Source: an uncultured Acidobacteriota bacterium (GTDB lineage Bacteria; Acidobacteriota; Vicinamibacteria; Fen-336). Taken from it: DNA of 64,000 bases. The notes beneath the pieces were generated by a model, which did no database searches, was not told where the DNA came from, and saw nothing but the letters and a program-made list of their open reading frames with translations. Shown piece by piece: positions 7,855 through 17,718 of the stretch (position 1 is its first letter; each line of letters starts with the position of its first letter). Made by a program: the position numbers and the translations under genes. The stretch covers positions 3,872,001 through 3,936,000 of the forward strand of contig OY970399.1 of the NCBI GenBank assembly GCA_963720545.1, read 5' to 3'.

Positions 7855-10114
7855 ATGTCGACAATGCCAGACAGCGCGAGCGCTTCTCCGATCGGCCGTG
7901 ACACGCCGCGCGTGGACGGGCCACACAAGGTCAGCGGGACCGCCCAATACACTTCCGATTTCCATTTTCCGGGGCTTCTCTACGCGGTTCCTGTCGAGGC
8001 GACGATCGCCAACGGCCGTATCGTCAAGCTCGACACGGCGGCGGCGGAGAAGATGCCCGGCGTGCGGGCGATCCTGCACCGCGAGAACATCGGCAAGATC
8101 TTCCGTTCCGTCGCGGGACCGGGATTCGAGGGCATCTGCGAGGAACGGCGCCCGCCGTTCGAGGACGACGTGGTCCGCTATTACGGCCAGTACGTTGCGG
8201 TGGCGGTGGCGGACCGGTTTGAGGCCGCCAAGGCCGCTGCGGACGCCGTGCGCGTCACCTACGCCGCCGAAAAGCCGAACGTCGCCACCGAGCTGACGGC
8301 CGACGACGACCCCGAGGTGGTCGCCACGTCGTTCGGTGACCGCAAGCGCGTCGACGGCGTGCGTGGCGACGCTGCCGCCGCCTTTGCCACGTCCCCGGTC
8401 AAGCTCGACCAGACGTACGTCACTCCCTCCGAGGCGCACAACCCGATTGAGCTGCACGCGACCACCGCGATCTGGGACGGGCCGGCGTTGACGCTCTACG
8501 AGACGGCGCAGGGAGTGTTCAACCTGAGGGGCGTGATCGCGCAGATGTTCGGCATGCAAAAGGAGAATGTCCGCGTCATCGCGAAGTACGTCGGTTCGGG
8601 ATTCGGCGGCAAGCTGTTCCCGTGGACCCAGTGCTCACTGGCTGCGGCCGCAGCGCGGCAAGTTGGCAAGCCCGTGAAACTGGTGGTGAGCCGCAAGATG
8701 ATGTTCCAGTCGGTGGGGCACCGCCCGCGCACACAGCAGCGCGTGCGCCTGGGCGCCACGCCCGAAGGCCGGCTGGTCTCGCTGCAGCACGACTACGTCT
8801 ATGAACGGTCGATGCTCGATGCCCATCACGAGGACTGCGGCGAAGCGACGCCGTTCCACTACAGCGTGCCCAACCTGCGGGTGTCGTTCGGGCGCGCCAA
8901 GCGGCACATCGGCGCGACCGCGGACATGCGCGGTCCCGGCGCCGTGCCCGGGCTCTACGCGACCGAGTCGGCGCTGAATGAACTGGCCGACCAGCTCAAG
9001 GTCGACCCGGTGAAGCTGCGCGTCATGAACGAGCCGAAGATCGACGAGTCGCTGGGCATTCCGTTCTCGTCACGCCATGTGCTCGAGTGCCTCGAGCGCG
9101 GTGCGAAGACGTTCGGCTGGTCGTCGCGCACTCCCGCGGTCGGTTCGATGAAGCGCGATGGCCTGACTCTCGGCTGGGGCATGGCGGGGGCCGCGTGGAT
9201 CGCCGCGCGCTTCGACGCAGCCGCCAGCATCGAGCTGCGCGACGATGGCACCGTTCGGGTCGCGTGCGGCACCCAGGACATCGGTACGGGCACCTACACG
9301 AACCTTGCGCAGCTCGCCGCCCACAAGACCGGCGTGCCACTCGCGAAGGTCGAGGTCGCGCTCGGTGATACGACGCTTCCCGAAGGGCCGATCTCGGGCG
9401 GTTCGATGGCGACCTCATCGGTGATCCCGGCCGTTTTTGCCGCGGCGGACAATGCCATCAAGGCGCTGCTCGGCATTGCCGCGACCACGCAGGGATCGCC
9501 ATTCGCGGCACGCCCGGCCAGCGAACTCGCCTTCGAAGGCGGGCGAGTCTTCGTAAAGGCCGATGGCGCCGCGGCCGGCGTGCCGTTCGCCGACATACTG
9601 CGCAAGGCCAACCTGCGCCAGGCCGCGGGCAGCGGCAAGTCGGCGGCGACGTTCGGCGATCCCAGTCCGAAGTTCTCGGTGCACTCCTACGGCTGTCACT
9701 TCGTCGAGGTCGACATGGCAGCCGGAAACCGCCCGGCTGCGCGTCAGCCGCGTGGTGACGGTCATCGATGCCGGCCATATCCTCAACCCGCTGGCGGGCC
9801 GCAACCAGATCGTCGGCGCCGTGGTGATGGGCATCGGCATGGCGCTGCTCGAGCACGTGTCGTACGACCCGCAGAACGGCGCGCCGATCAACAGCAACCT
9901 GGCCGACTACGTGGTGGCCGTGAACGCCGACGTGCCGCCGATCGACGTGCACTTCCTCGACTATCCCGACAAGGAGCTGAACGAGCTCGGCGCCCGCGGC
10001 ATTGGCGAGATCGGCCTGGCTGGTGTGGCCGCTGCCATCACCGCCGCGGTCCACCACGCCACCGGCGTGCGCGTGCGCGAACTGCCGGTAAAGATCGAGG
10101 ACCTGCTGGCCTGA
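7855..10114 (+). CDS. paoC: Aldehyde oxidoreductase molybdopterin-binding subunit (PaoC/YagR-like); +1 frameshift at ~9712
   Basis: GSGFGGK, MRGPG, QDIGTGTYT, GGSMAT; C-terminus (GARGIGEIG) continues in ORF 9563-10114. Confidence 0.9.
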
Positions 10115-10128
10115 CGCATCCCCTGAAG

Positions 10129-10167
10129 TCCTGACGGCTTCATCGCTTGCGCTGGCCCGAAGGACCC
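10129..10167 (-). repeat. REP-like hairpin repeat, family A (inverted copy)
   Basis: Reverse complement GGTCCTTCGGGCCAGCGCAAGCGATGAAGCCGTCAGGA matches the copies at 10287, 12209 and 27791. Confidence 0.65.
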
Positions 10168-10225
10168 GCCGAGCTTTCATGGAAGCAGTCGTTGCCGTGT
10201 GTGCGCGTGTGTCGTTCGGTAACGA

Positions 10226-10243
10226 ACTGCGTCCGGACGCAGT
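10226..10243. repeat. 18-bp perfect palindrome ACTGCGTCCGGACGCAGT (family C)
   Basis: Same or compensated palindrome at 27721 and 27762. Confidence 0.8.
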
Positions 10244-10286
10244 CCACCAGTTCTTTCGACACGCACATCAGACTTGGTGTGCGATT

Positions 10287-10335
10287 GGGAGATCCATCGG
10301 CGGCAGCGCAAGCGATGGGCCGCCTCGGGAAAACG
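10287..10335 (+). repeat. REP-like hairpin repeat, family A
   Basis: GATCCATCGGCGGCAGCGCAAGCGATGGGCCGCCTCGGGAAAACG. Confidence 0.75.
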
Positions 10336-10340
10336 ATTGC

Positions 10341-10727
10341 CTACTTCATGGAGTGGATGCCGACCACGTTGTTCTCGGTGTCGGTTATGAGGGCGATGAA
10401 GCCCCATTCGCCGATCGGGAACTTCTCCTTCATGACCTTGCCGCCGGCTCCGGCCGCGCGTCCTGCCTCCACTGAGCAGTCGTCCGAAACGAAGTACACG
10501 ATGGTGCTCGTGCCACCGCCGGTGGGGCCGCCCTCCATCTTGATCAGCGAGCCCGCTGCACCGGCCGCATCCCTGGTCATGGGGAAGGTCCACATTTCCA
10601 TCGTCTTGTCGGGCGAGTCCATCTTGTCGAGCTTCAGTGCGAAGCACTTTTCGTAGAAGGCCCTTGCGCGATTCATGTCGGCGACGTAGATCTCGAACCA
10701 GCCCACCGGGTTCTGGGACATTGCCAC
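10341..10727 (-). CDS. VOC/glyoxalase family protein
   Basis: NPVGWFEIYVADMNRARAFYE...GFIALITDTENNVVGIHS. Confidence 0.9.
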   Translation of the reverse strand: MAMSQNPVGWFEIYVADMNRARAFYEKCFALKLDKMDSPDKTMEMWTFPMTRDAAGAAGSLIKMEGGPTGGGTSTIVYFVSDDCSVEAGRAAGAGGKVMKEKFPIGEWGFIALITDTENNVVGIHSMK

Positions 10728-10816
10728 TCTCCTCGGTCCAATGCTTGTTGAGCTTCAACCGTAGCACCGGCTTTCACCGCGAACATGCAAAGAGATTTGC
10801 CGGGTGGCCCGATGCC

Positions 10817-12049
10817 TCAACGCTCCGGTGACAGCCGCGCGACGATGGCGGTGGCGGCGAGGTTGCCGGTGACGTTATGGATGGTGATGAATCGGTCGGG
10901 GATGGCGTCGAGTGCGATCAGGAGGCCGACGCCCTCGGCGGGCAGGCCGACCGTCACCAGCAGCGGGGCGAGCATGATGAAGCCGCCGTTGGGAATGCCG
11001 GGCGCGGCAAATCCGAGGAACACCGCGGCGAACGCGACGATCGCAACCTGTGGCGCGGGCAGCGGCAGGTTGTAGAACCAGGCGACGAACATTGGTCCGA
11101 TCGTCCACGAGACGGGTGCGGCGATCTTGAACACTGCGGTCGCGAGCGGCACGACGAAGCCGGTCACCTTCTTGGGCAGCGCCAGGCCAACCTCGGCGGA
11201 CTCGACGAGCGCGGGCAGCGAGGCGATGGACGAACTGGAACTGAAGGCGATGAGCTGCGTGGGCAGCGCCGCGCGCGCGAAGCGCGACATCGGAATCGCC
11301 GCGGCCAGGCGCACCGCCGGATAGAGGAGCAGCGTGCAGGCGATCGCCGCCAGCGAATAGATGACGATGTAGGCGCCGATCGCGCCGGCGAGCGATGCGC
11401 CCGCGTGCGCTGCAAACGGCAGTAGCAGTGCGAACACGCCGAGCGGCGCCAGCCAGATGACGCCGCGCACCAGCGTCATCATCGCGTCGCCGAGCGCGCG
11501 AAAGAAAGCCAGCAGGGTGGCACGCGATTCGGAAGCGGTGTTCGCGATCGCCACCGCCAGCACCAGCGCGAACAGGACATAGGGCACCATTGCGCCGTTG
11601 GCTGCCGCGGCTATGGGGTTGGCCGGCAGCAGCGACGCGAACCACGTAGAGAAGGACGTCGCGACGCCGCTCGCCGCCACGGCGCTCGCGGCCTCGGCGG
11701 CACCCGGCGGCAGGGCCGGCCGCACGCCGTCGGGAAACTGGCTGAGGATGAACTGCGACAGCGGCACCATCACGACCGCGGTGGCGACGAGCAGCCCCAG
11801 GAACACGCCGAGCGTGCGCACGCCGAGGCGGCCGATGGCCTGCACCTCGGACGCCGAAGCAATGCCGGTGACGACCAGCGCCAGCACCAGCGGAATCACG
11901 GTCATGCGGATGGCGTTGATCCAGAGGGTGCCGAGCGGCGCGATGGCGTCGGCGAACTGCAGCGCCCGTTCGCTCCCGCTGGCGGCGATGGCGCCGCCAG
12001 CGACGATGGCGGCGGCCAGCGCGAGGATGACGCGGGTTTGCGCGTTCAC
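10817..12049 (-). CDS. Dicarboxylate/amino acid:cation symporter (DAACS)
   Basis: GTLWINAIRMTVIPLV, AFSSSSSIASLP, multiple TM helices; GTG start inferred. Confidence 0.9.
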   Translation of the reverse strand: MNAQTRVILALAAAIVAGGAIAASGSERALQFADAIAPLGTLWINAIRMTVIPLVLALVVTGIASASEVQAIGRLGVRTLGVFLGLLVATAVVMVPLSQFILSQFPDGVRPALPPGAAEAASAVAASGVATSFSTWFASLLPANPIAAAANGAMVPYVLFALVLAVAIANTASESRATLLAFFRALGDAMMTLVRGVIWLAPLGVFALLLPFAAHAGASLAGAIGAYIVIYSLAAIACTLLLYPAVRLAAAIPMSRFARAALPTQLIAFSSSSSIASLPALVESAEVGLALPKKVTGFVVPLATAVFKIAAPVSWTIGPMFVAWFYNLPLPAPQVAIVAFAAVFLGFAAPGIPNGGFIMLAPLLVTVGLPAEGVGLLIALDAIPDRFITIHNVTGNLAATAIVARLSPER

Positions 12050-12103
12050 AGTGGCGACCCCCTTGGAGTGAGTGCGGGATCGTCCTATAACGAGGCGCGT
12101 TGC

Positions 12104-12207
12104 ACAAATGAACGGAACGAACGCTGACGCGAAGCGCCAAGGGAACGAACAACGGACCAAAGGAGATCGACGGATTGGACGGCACGGATGCCAATCCGTC
12201 GATGGCG
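12104..12207 (-). repeat. ~100-nt structured repeat, family B
   Basis: 13-bp perfect stem ATCGACGGATTGG/CCAATCCGTCGAT at 12166-12203 plus conserved tail; inverted homolog at 27614-27714. Confidence 0.8.
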
Positions 12208-12208
12208 G

Positions 12209-12259
12209 GGGGATCCCTCGGGCGCAGCGCAGGCGACGGGCGCCCTCGGGAAAAACGGG
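12209..12259 (+). repeat. REP-like hairpin repeat, family A
   Basis: GGGGATCCCTCGGGCGCAGCGCAGGCGACGGGCGCCCTCGGGAAAAACGGG. Confidence 0.8.
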
Positions 12260-12889
12260 CTAGCGGATGGAGATTTCGCCGGCCATGAGGCGGGCGGAGA
12301 GGCGATAGCGGCCGATGCCGTGGTGGTCGAGGCTGCGGAAGATGCCGTCGGCGGAGCGGCCGAAAGGCGCTGCGGAGATCTCGCCGGCCATGACGCTTGC
12401 CTTCACCGGACCGTATTCGTCGGGGTCGCTCACGGCGATGTTGAGCTCGCCGGCGTTGAGGCGTACGTCCTTGTCGCCGTGGATGCCGCTGATGCTCAGT
12501 TCTCCGGCGGGCATGCGCACCCGCAGGTGCAGCTGCGCAGGCACCGAGATCCGCAGCGCGAAGTGGTTGCGGGGGCCGCCCTTGATCTCGAGGTTGCTGC
12601 CGTGCAGCGCCGCGCTCAGTTCGGAACAGCGCTGTGCGTAGCGCCCGCCGCACTCCACGAGCAGCCGGCCGTCCGCGCCGCCCTGGATCGTGACATCGCC
12701 CGAACGCACGTCAAGGTTGAGGCTTTGGGCCGCGAAAGGCTCGTCGAGCGCCACGTTCGACGCCATGCCGGCATGGCGCGGGGTGGGATCGTCTACGCTC
12801 GCCTCGCGGCTGCCATGAGGCCGGCAGGCGACTGTAAGGGCGGCACCGGCAACGAGGAAAAGGGCGAAACGGGGAAAAGACAGGGCCAT
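12260..12889 (-). CDS. Hypothetical lipoprotein with adhesin-like (DUF4097-type) beta repeats
   Basis: LTVAC lipobox; repeated AGEL/AGEI strands; RBS AGGAGG. Confidence 0.7.
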   Translation of the reverse strand: MALSFPRFALFLVAGAALTVACRPHGSREASVDDPTPRHAGMASNVALDEPFAAQSLNLDVRSGDVTIQGGADGRLLVECGGRYAQRCSELSAALHGSNLEIKGGPRNHFALRISVPAQLHLRVRMPAGELSISGIHGDKDVRLNAGELNIAVSDPDEYGPVKASVMAGEISAAPFGRSADGIFRSLDHHGIGRYRLSARLMAGEISIR

Positions 12890-12977
12890 GCGGCCTCCTT
12901 ACTTGTTCCAAACGCGCCCGGTGACCGGGGGGTTCCAGTTTCTGCGGCTCGCCGAGGTCGCTTAGCATTCTCGCCAC

Positions 12978-14129
12978 ATGAAGGCAGGAATCCTCAAGGA
13001 AACGTTCGCCGGAGAGCGCCGGGTGGCGATGGTCCCGGCCGTCGTGCCCGCCCTCCTGAAGATGGGGCTGGCCGTCGTCGTCGAAGCCTCGGCAGGCTTC
13101 GCAGCCGGGTTCCCGGATGCGCAGTATGTGGAGAAGGGCGCGACAGTCCTGCCCACCGCGGCGGAGGTCCTCGCGCAGTCCGATATCGTCTTTTCGGTGC
13201 GCTCGTTCGCCGCCAGCGCCGCGCCGGATCTCAGCGGCCTCGGCAGCCGCCACACGCTCGTCGCCATGCTCGAGCCGCTGGCCAGCCCGGAGGGCGCGCG
13301 CAGCATCGCCGCCACCGGCGCCACCAGCTTCTCGCTGGAGCTCGTGCCGCGCATCACCCGCGCGCAGGCCATGGACGTGCTGTCGTCGATGGCGATGGTG
13401 GCCGGCTACAAAGCCGTGCTGCTGGCCGCCACGGAGTCGCCGCGCCTCATCCCCATGATGACGACCGCCGGAGGTACCCTCACTCCCGCGCGCGCCTTCA
13501 TCATCGGCGGCGGGGTCGCGGGCCTGCAGGCGATCGCCACCGCCCGCCGCCTCGGTGCGGTGGTTTCCGGCTACGACATCCGCCCGGCGGTGAAGGAGCA
13601 GGTGGAGAGCCTCGGCGCGAAGTTCGTCGAGCTGCCGCTCGAAGCGGGCGAAACCCAGGACGCCGGCGGGTATGCGAAGGCGATGGACGAAGCCTTCTAC
13701 CAGAAGCAGCGCGAGCTGCTCGGCCGCACCGTGGCGCAGAGCGACATCGTGGTGACGACCGCCGCTGTTCCCGGCAAGAAAGCGCCGATACTCATCACCG
13801 CCGCGATGGTGGACGGCATGCAGCCGGGCTCGGTGATCGTGGACGTCGCCGCCGAGCAGGGCGGCAACTGCGAGGCCACCCGCCCCGGAGAACGGGTGGT
13901 GCGAAACGGAGTCACCATCCTCGGCCCGCTGAACCTTGCTTCCACCATCCCGGCGCACGCGAGCTTCCTGTGGTCGCGCAACCTCGCGAGCTTCCTCGCG
14001 CTCATCGTCCGCAAGGACCAGGACGCGCCCTTCATCGACACCGAGGACCCGATCATCGCCGGGAGCCTCCTGACGCGCGGCGGGGAAGTGGTGGAGCCTC
14101 GGGTGCGCGAGGCGCTGGGCCTCGGCTAG
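12978..14129 (+). CDS. pntA: NAD(P) transhydrogenase subunit alpha, soluble domain I
   Basis: KETFAGERRVA, PRITRAQAMDVLSS, GGGVAGLQA, GGYAK, TTAAVPGKKAP, GGNCE. Confidence 0.92.
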   Translation: MKAGILKETFAGERRVAMVPAVVPALLKMGLAVVVEASAGFAAGFPDAQYVEKGATVLPTAAEVLAQSDIVFSVRSFAASAAPDLSGLGSRHTLVAMLEPLASPEGARSIAATGATSFSLELVPRITRAQAMDVLSSMAMVAGYKAVLLAATESPRLIPMMTTAGGTLTPARAFIIGGGVAGLQAIATARRLGAVVSGYDIRPAVKEQVESLGAKFVELPLEAGETQDAGGYAKAMDEAFYQKQRELLGRTVAQSDIVVTTAAVPGKKAPILITAAMVDGMQPGSVIVDVAAEQGGNCEATRPGERVVRNGVTILGPLNLASTIPAHASFLWSRNLASFLALIVRKDQDAPFIDTEDPIIAGSLLTRGGEVVEPRVREALGLG

Positions 14130-14138
14130 AGGTAGCGC

Positions 14139-15023
14139 TCATTTCGGCTGCGACCCCGGCGGGTAGTAGCCGCTGCGATGGCGCGCATCAGCCCCCTTGC
14201 GGCGCACCAGCACCTGCAGCTTGCGGAACGACTTGCCCGGCTGCGGCGTGAAACCGAGGACGTACTGCGACATGATGTCGGCACGGATCCGCGCAAATAC
14301 CGTTGCCGGGTCGACGCGGTCGCCCACCATCAGCAAGCCGCCGGTGACGGTGGTGAGCTTCATCATCGCGAGGGCCGACAGCGGGCGCGCGTTGGGCACG
14401 CCGCTGTAGGCTAGCCCGTCGCGGAACTGCACCACGTAGACGGTCGCGCCCGCCGCCAGCAGGCGGCGGTTGAGCGCGTCGAGGCTGAGTGCGCTGCTCT
14501 CGTCCAGGCCGTCGGTGAGCACAACCAGGACGCGCCGCTTGCCGCTCGGCGCCATCGCGTTGAGCGCATAGTCGACGCCGGCGTAGACCGCGGAACCGCC
14601 ACCGGCTGGTGCTTTCTCCACCCAGCGGCGCACGCGCTCCTTGTCTTCCGGCCGGTAGCGCATCGACTGCGCCATGTGGTCGAACATCGTCACCGTCATA
14701 TCCTGTGCGTTCGGCACGCTGTCGAGAAATGCGAGGGCCGACGCGCGTGACGCGGCGATGGCGGGCACCATGCTCGCGCTCACGTCGAACAACAGCCCGA
14801 GGTTGAGGCTGTACAGGCTGTCGTCGCCGGCCTCGCCCTGCCGCCCGAACAGCTCGATCGGCACGCTGGCGCCGTCCTGCAGCAGCACGAAGTCTTCCTT
14901 GCGCAGGTCGGTGACGGCGGCGCCGCTGTGATCGCGCACGTTGACCCACAGGTTCACCACCTCGCTCGCGGCCTCGAACGTCGGCACCTGCGCGGCCAGC
15001 GCCAGGAACAGCGCTGCGATCAT
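14139..15023 (-). CDS. Exported VWA domain protein (Acidobacterial VWFA-related)
   Basis: DVSAS MIDAS motif, LVVLTDG, SQYVLGF, RHRSGYY. Confidence 0.85.
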   Translation of the reverse strand: MIAALFLALAAQVPTFEAASEVVNLWVNVRDHSGAAVTDLRKEDFVLLQDGASVPIELFGRQGEAGDDSLYSLNLGLLFDVSASMVPAIAASRASALAFLDSVPNAQDMTVTMFDHMAQSMRYRPEDKERVRRWVEKAPAGGGSAVYAGVDYALNAMAPSGKRRVLVVLTDGLDESSALSLDALNRRLLAAGATVYVVQFRDGLAYSGVPNARPLSALAMMKLTTVTGGLLMVGDRVDPATVFARIRADIMSQYVLGFTPQPGKSFRKLQVLVRRKGADARHRSGYYPPGSQPK

Positions 15024-15901
15024 CGACCGTCCGCCCAGTAGGCCGGACGATGGCGCGCCTTCAGACCCTTCCGGTCGACGCGCACCCGCAGGCGGCGCAC
15101 CCCGCTGCCGCCGCCCGGCGCGAAGCCCAGGACGTACTGCGTGGTCAGGTCGTCGATCACCGCGTCGAGCATGTCCGGCGCCGAACCGCGCGCCGTCAAC
15201 ACCAGGCCGCCGGTGGCGTCCGCCAGTTCGTTGAGCCGCATGCGTGCCGAGGCTTGCTCGACCATTGGCCGCGCATCGAGACGCGCGCGGAATTGCAGCG
15301 CGTAGAAGGTCACGCCCAGCGTTTGCATGCGCTGCGCCGCCTCATGGCAGCGGTGCGGGCTCACCTGGTCGAACCCGTCCGTCAGCGCCACCACGACCCG
15401 GCGTTGTGGCGATGGCCGCAGCCGCGCGGTCGCCTGGACGATGCCGGCGCAGAAGGCGCTGGCGCCGCCGACCGTTGCCTGCTCCAGCCATTCGCGCGTG
15501 CTCGCGGCCTGCGCCGCGGCCGCGCCGGAATCGACGCGCGTATCGTTGTAAAGGGCGAAGGTGGTTGGCATCTTGTCGATGAAGCCAAGCGCTGCCTCGC
15601 GGGCCTTGTCGATGTCGAGCGCCATCCGTGCGCTGGTGTCGAGCAGCAGCAGGGTCGCCACCCGGCCGAGCTCATCGGAGTCGCTCGAGAACCCGAAGAG
15701 GACGATCGGCCGCTCCTTGCCTTCTTCCTGCAAGGTAAACGCCTCCTGCGGCAGGCCGCGCGCCACCTTGCCGTCGCCGTCGCGCACGCTCACCCACACG
15801 TGCACCAGGTCGGTCGCGGCTTCAAAGGTCGGGACCTGGGCGTTGGCCGCGGCCGGTGCGACGGCCACGCTTGCCAGCAGTGCTGCGGCTCGGCCAAACA
15901 C
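15020..15901 (-). CDS. Exported VWA domain protein (paralog; MIDAS DTSAR degenerate)
   Basis: AQVPTFEAA, LLLDTSARM, ALTDG, QYVLGF, RHRPAYW. Confidence 0.85.
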   Translation of the reverse strand: MFGRAAALLASVAVAPAAANAQVPTFEAATDLVHVWVSVRDGDGKVARGLPQEAFTLQEEGKERPIVLFGFSSDSDELGRVATLLLLDTSARMALDIDKAREAALGFIDKMPTTFALYNDTRVDSGAAAAQAASTREWLEQATVGGASAFCAGIVQATARLRPSPQRRVVVALTDGFDQVSPHRCHEAAQRMQTLGVTFYALQFRARLDARPMVEQASARMRLNELADATGGLVLTARGSAPDMLDAVIDDLTTQYVLGFAPGGGSGVRRLRVRVDRKGLKARHRPAYWADGR

Positions 15902-15936
15902 GTCGCGATGTTACGCCGTGGCCGGCGTCGCGGGCC

Positions 15937-16932
15937 TCAGAAGACCGAGAACTTGAAGTACTTCTTCGGGTTCTTGCGGATGTCGGCGGAGAGCTGCGAC
16001 AGCTCGGTGGCCGTCGAGTTGAGGCTCTTGATCGAGGAATTGAGGTTCGTGTACAGCTCCTCGTCCTTCGACAGCTTGCCGATCGTGCCCTCGCCCTTGT
16101 CGATGCGCGTGACGAAGCTCTCCATGGTGGCGGAGGTGCGCTTGAACGACTGCGTCAGCTCCTCCATCTGCGCCGTGACCGTGTCGAGCCGGGTGATGGC
16201 GCGGTCGAGCTCGGGCCTCGCCACCAGCTTCTCGGCGCTGTCCGCGGAGCGCTGCAGGCTGGCCGTGAGGTTGGCGAAGCTCTTGCGCTGCTCGACGATC
16301 GTGGCATTGAGGGTGCGCAGTGCCGCGTTCAGCTCGGTGGTGCCGGTCTCGACGTTGGTGATGGTGGTGTCGGACATAAGCCGGTCCACCCGTTTCAGCG
16401 TGTCTTCGGCCTTCACAGCCACCGCCGACGCCTGGTCCATGAGGTTCGGCGCGCTGGCGACGCGGTGCTGCAGTTCGTCGCCCTGCTTGGCCGCCTCATT
16501 GGAGGTGCCCGGATCGATCGCGACCACCATCCCCTGGATGAGGCTCGCCGAGCGGATCTCGACGAACGAGTCCTTCGGCACTTTGTACTCGCCCTCGATC
16601 TCCATGAAGATGTTGACTGCAGTCTGGTTGGCGCCGCTCTTGTCGATGTCGAACTTCTGCACCCGGCCGATGTTGACGCCGCGCAGCACGATGGGGTCGC
16701 CCTTGCGCACGCCGCGCGCGTCGTCGACGCGGGTGTGCAGGATGTAGCGGCCGCGGAACATCGAGGCGTCGGTGAGCGTGAAGAGCGCTATCAGGATGCC
16801 GGCGACGCTGCCGATGACGAACAGCCCCACCTTGGCCTCGCGGTCGAAGGCGCGGGTCTTGGGCAGCGGCGGCAGCTCCTCGTTGCTGCTTCCGGGCTTG
16901 CGTGGGTTGGGCTTTTCGGTCGTCTGGCTCAT
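15937..16932 (-). CDS. mlaD: MCE/MlaD family protein with helical extension
   Basis: EAKVGLFV TM helix, GVRKGDPIVLRGVNIGRV, GEGTIGKL, DIRKNPKKY. Confidence 0.88.
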   Translation of the reverse strand: MSQTTEKPNPRKPGSSNEELPPLPKTRAFDREAKVGLFVIGSVAGILIALFTLTDASMFRGRYILHTRVDDARGVRKGDPIVLRGVNIGRVQKFDIDKSGANQTAVNIFMEIEGEYKVPKDSFVEIRSASLIQGMVVAIDPGTSNEAAKQGDELQHRVASAPNLMDQASAVAVKAEDTLKRVDRLMSDTTITNVETGTTELNAALRTLNATIVEQRKSFANLTASLQRSADSAEKLVARPELDRAITRLDTVTAQMEELTQSFKRTSATMESFVTRIDKGEGTIGKLSKDEELYTNLNSSIKSLNSTATELSQLSADIRKNPKKYFKFSVF

Positions 16933-16953
16933 GTCCTTTTTCTTTCCTCGCCG

Positions 16954-17718
16954 CTAGTCTTCCATGATGGCAAGGGCCGCGGCGGCGGCCTCCTTGCGGT
17001 CGGCGAATGCCTTCACCAGCGGCTCGGCGCTGCGGCGGAACTCATCGGGAGTGCCGACGAAGCGGATGCGGCCGTGGTCGAGCAGGGCGATGCGGTCGCA
17101 GATATGGAGGGCGCCCTCGATGTCATGGGTGACGACGATCGAGGTGACGTGCATCTTTTCGCGGATGTCGCTGATCAGGTGTTCGACCGTGGCGGTATTG
17201 ACCGGGTCGAGGCCGGTGACCGGCTCGTCATAGAGCAGGATGCGCGGCTGGCCGACGATGGCGCGCGCCAGGCCCACGCGCTTGCGCATGCCGCCCGACA
17301 GCTCGGCGGGCAGCTTGTTCAGCACCACGAACGGGTCGAGGTTGACGTCGTCGAGCGCGCCGCACACCCGCTTCAGCACTTCCTGCTGGCCGACCTCCTT
17401 CTGCAGGTCGTCGCGCAGCCCCTGGGCGACGTTCTGGAACACCGTCATCGAGTCGAAGAGCGCCGCGTACTGGAAGACGTAACCCACCTTCTGGCGGATC
17501 TGCTCCAGCACCTTCGCGTCCGCCAGCACCGACACGCCGTCCACCTTGACGTCGCCGCTGTCGGGCTTGATGAGGCCGATCGTCGTCTTCAGCAGCACGC
17601 TCTTGCCGGTGCCCGACGGGCCGACGACGCCCAGGGTTTCGCCGTCGGCGATGGTGAGGTTCACCCCGGCGAGCACCGGGACGTCGAACTTCTTGTAGAG
17701 ATCGATGTATTCGATCAA
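16954..17718 (-). CDS. mlaF: ABC transporter ATP-binding protein, MlaF/Mkl family
   Basis: TTG start overlapping the mlaE stop; GPSGTGKS, LSGGMRKRVGLARA, YDEPVTGLDP. Confidence 0.9.
   Translation of the reverse strand: MIEYIDLYKKFDVPVLAGVNLTIADGETLGVVGPSGTGKSVLLKTTIGLIKPDSGDVKVDGVSVLADAKVLEQIRQKVGYVFQYAALFDSMTVFQNVAQGLRDDLQKEVGQQEVLKRVCGALDDVNLDPFVVLNKLPAELSGGMRKRVGLARAIVGQPRILLYDEPVTGLDPVNTATVEHLISDIREKMHVTSIVVTHDIEGALHICDRIALLDHGRIRFVGTPDEFRRSAEPLVKAFADRKEAAAAALAIMED

Noticed and set aside
9700..9725. Programmed frameshift or true pseudogene in paoC (and the other split genes)
   Set aside because: No slippery heptamer and no further decay; the same +1 pattern recurs across unrelated genes
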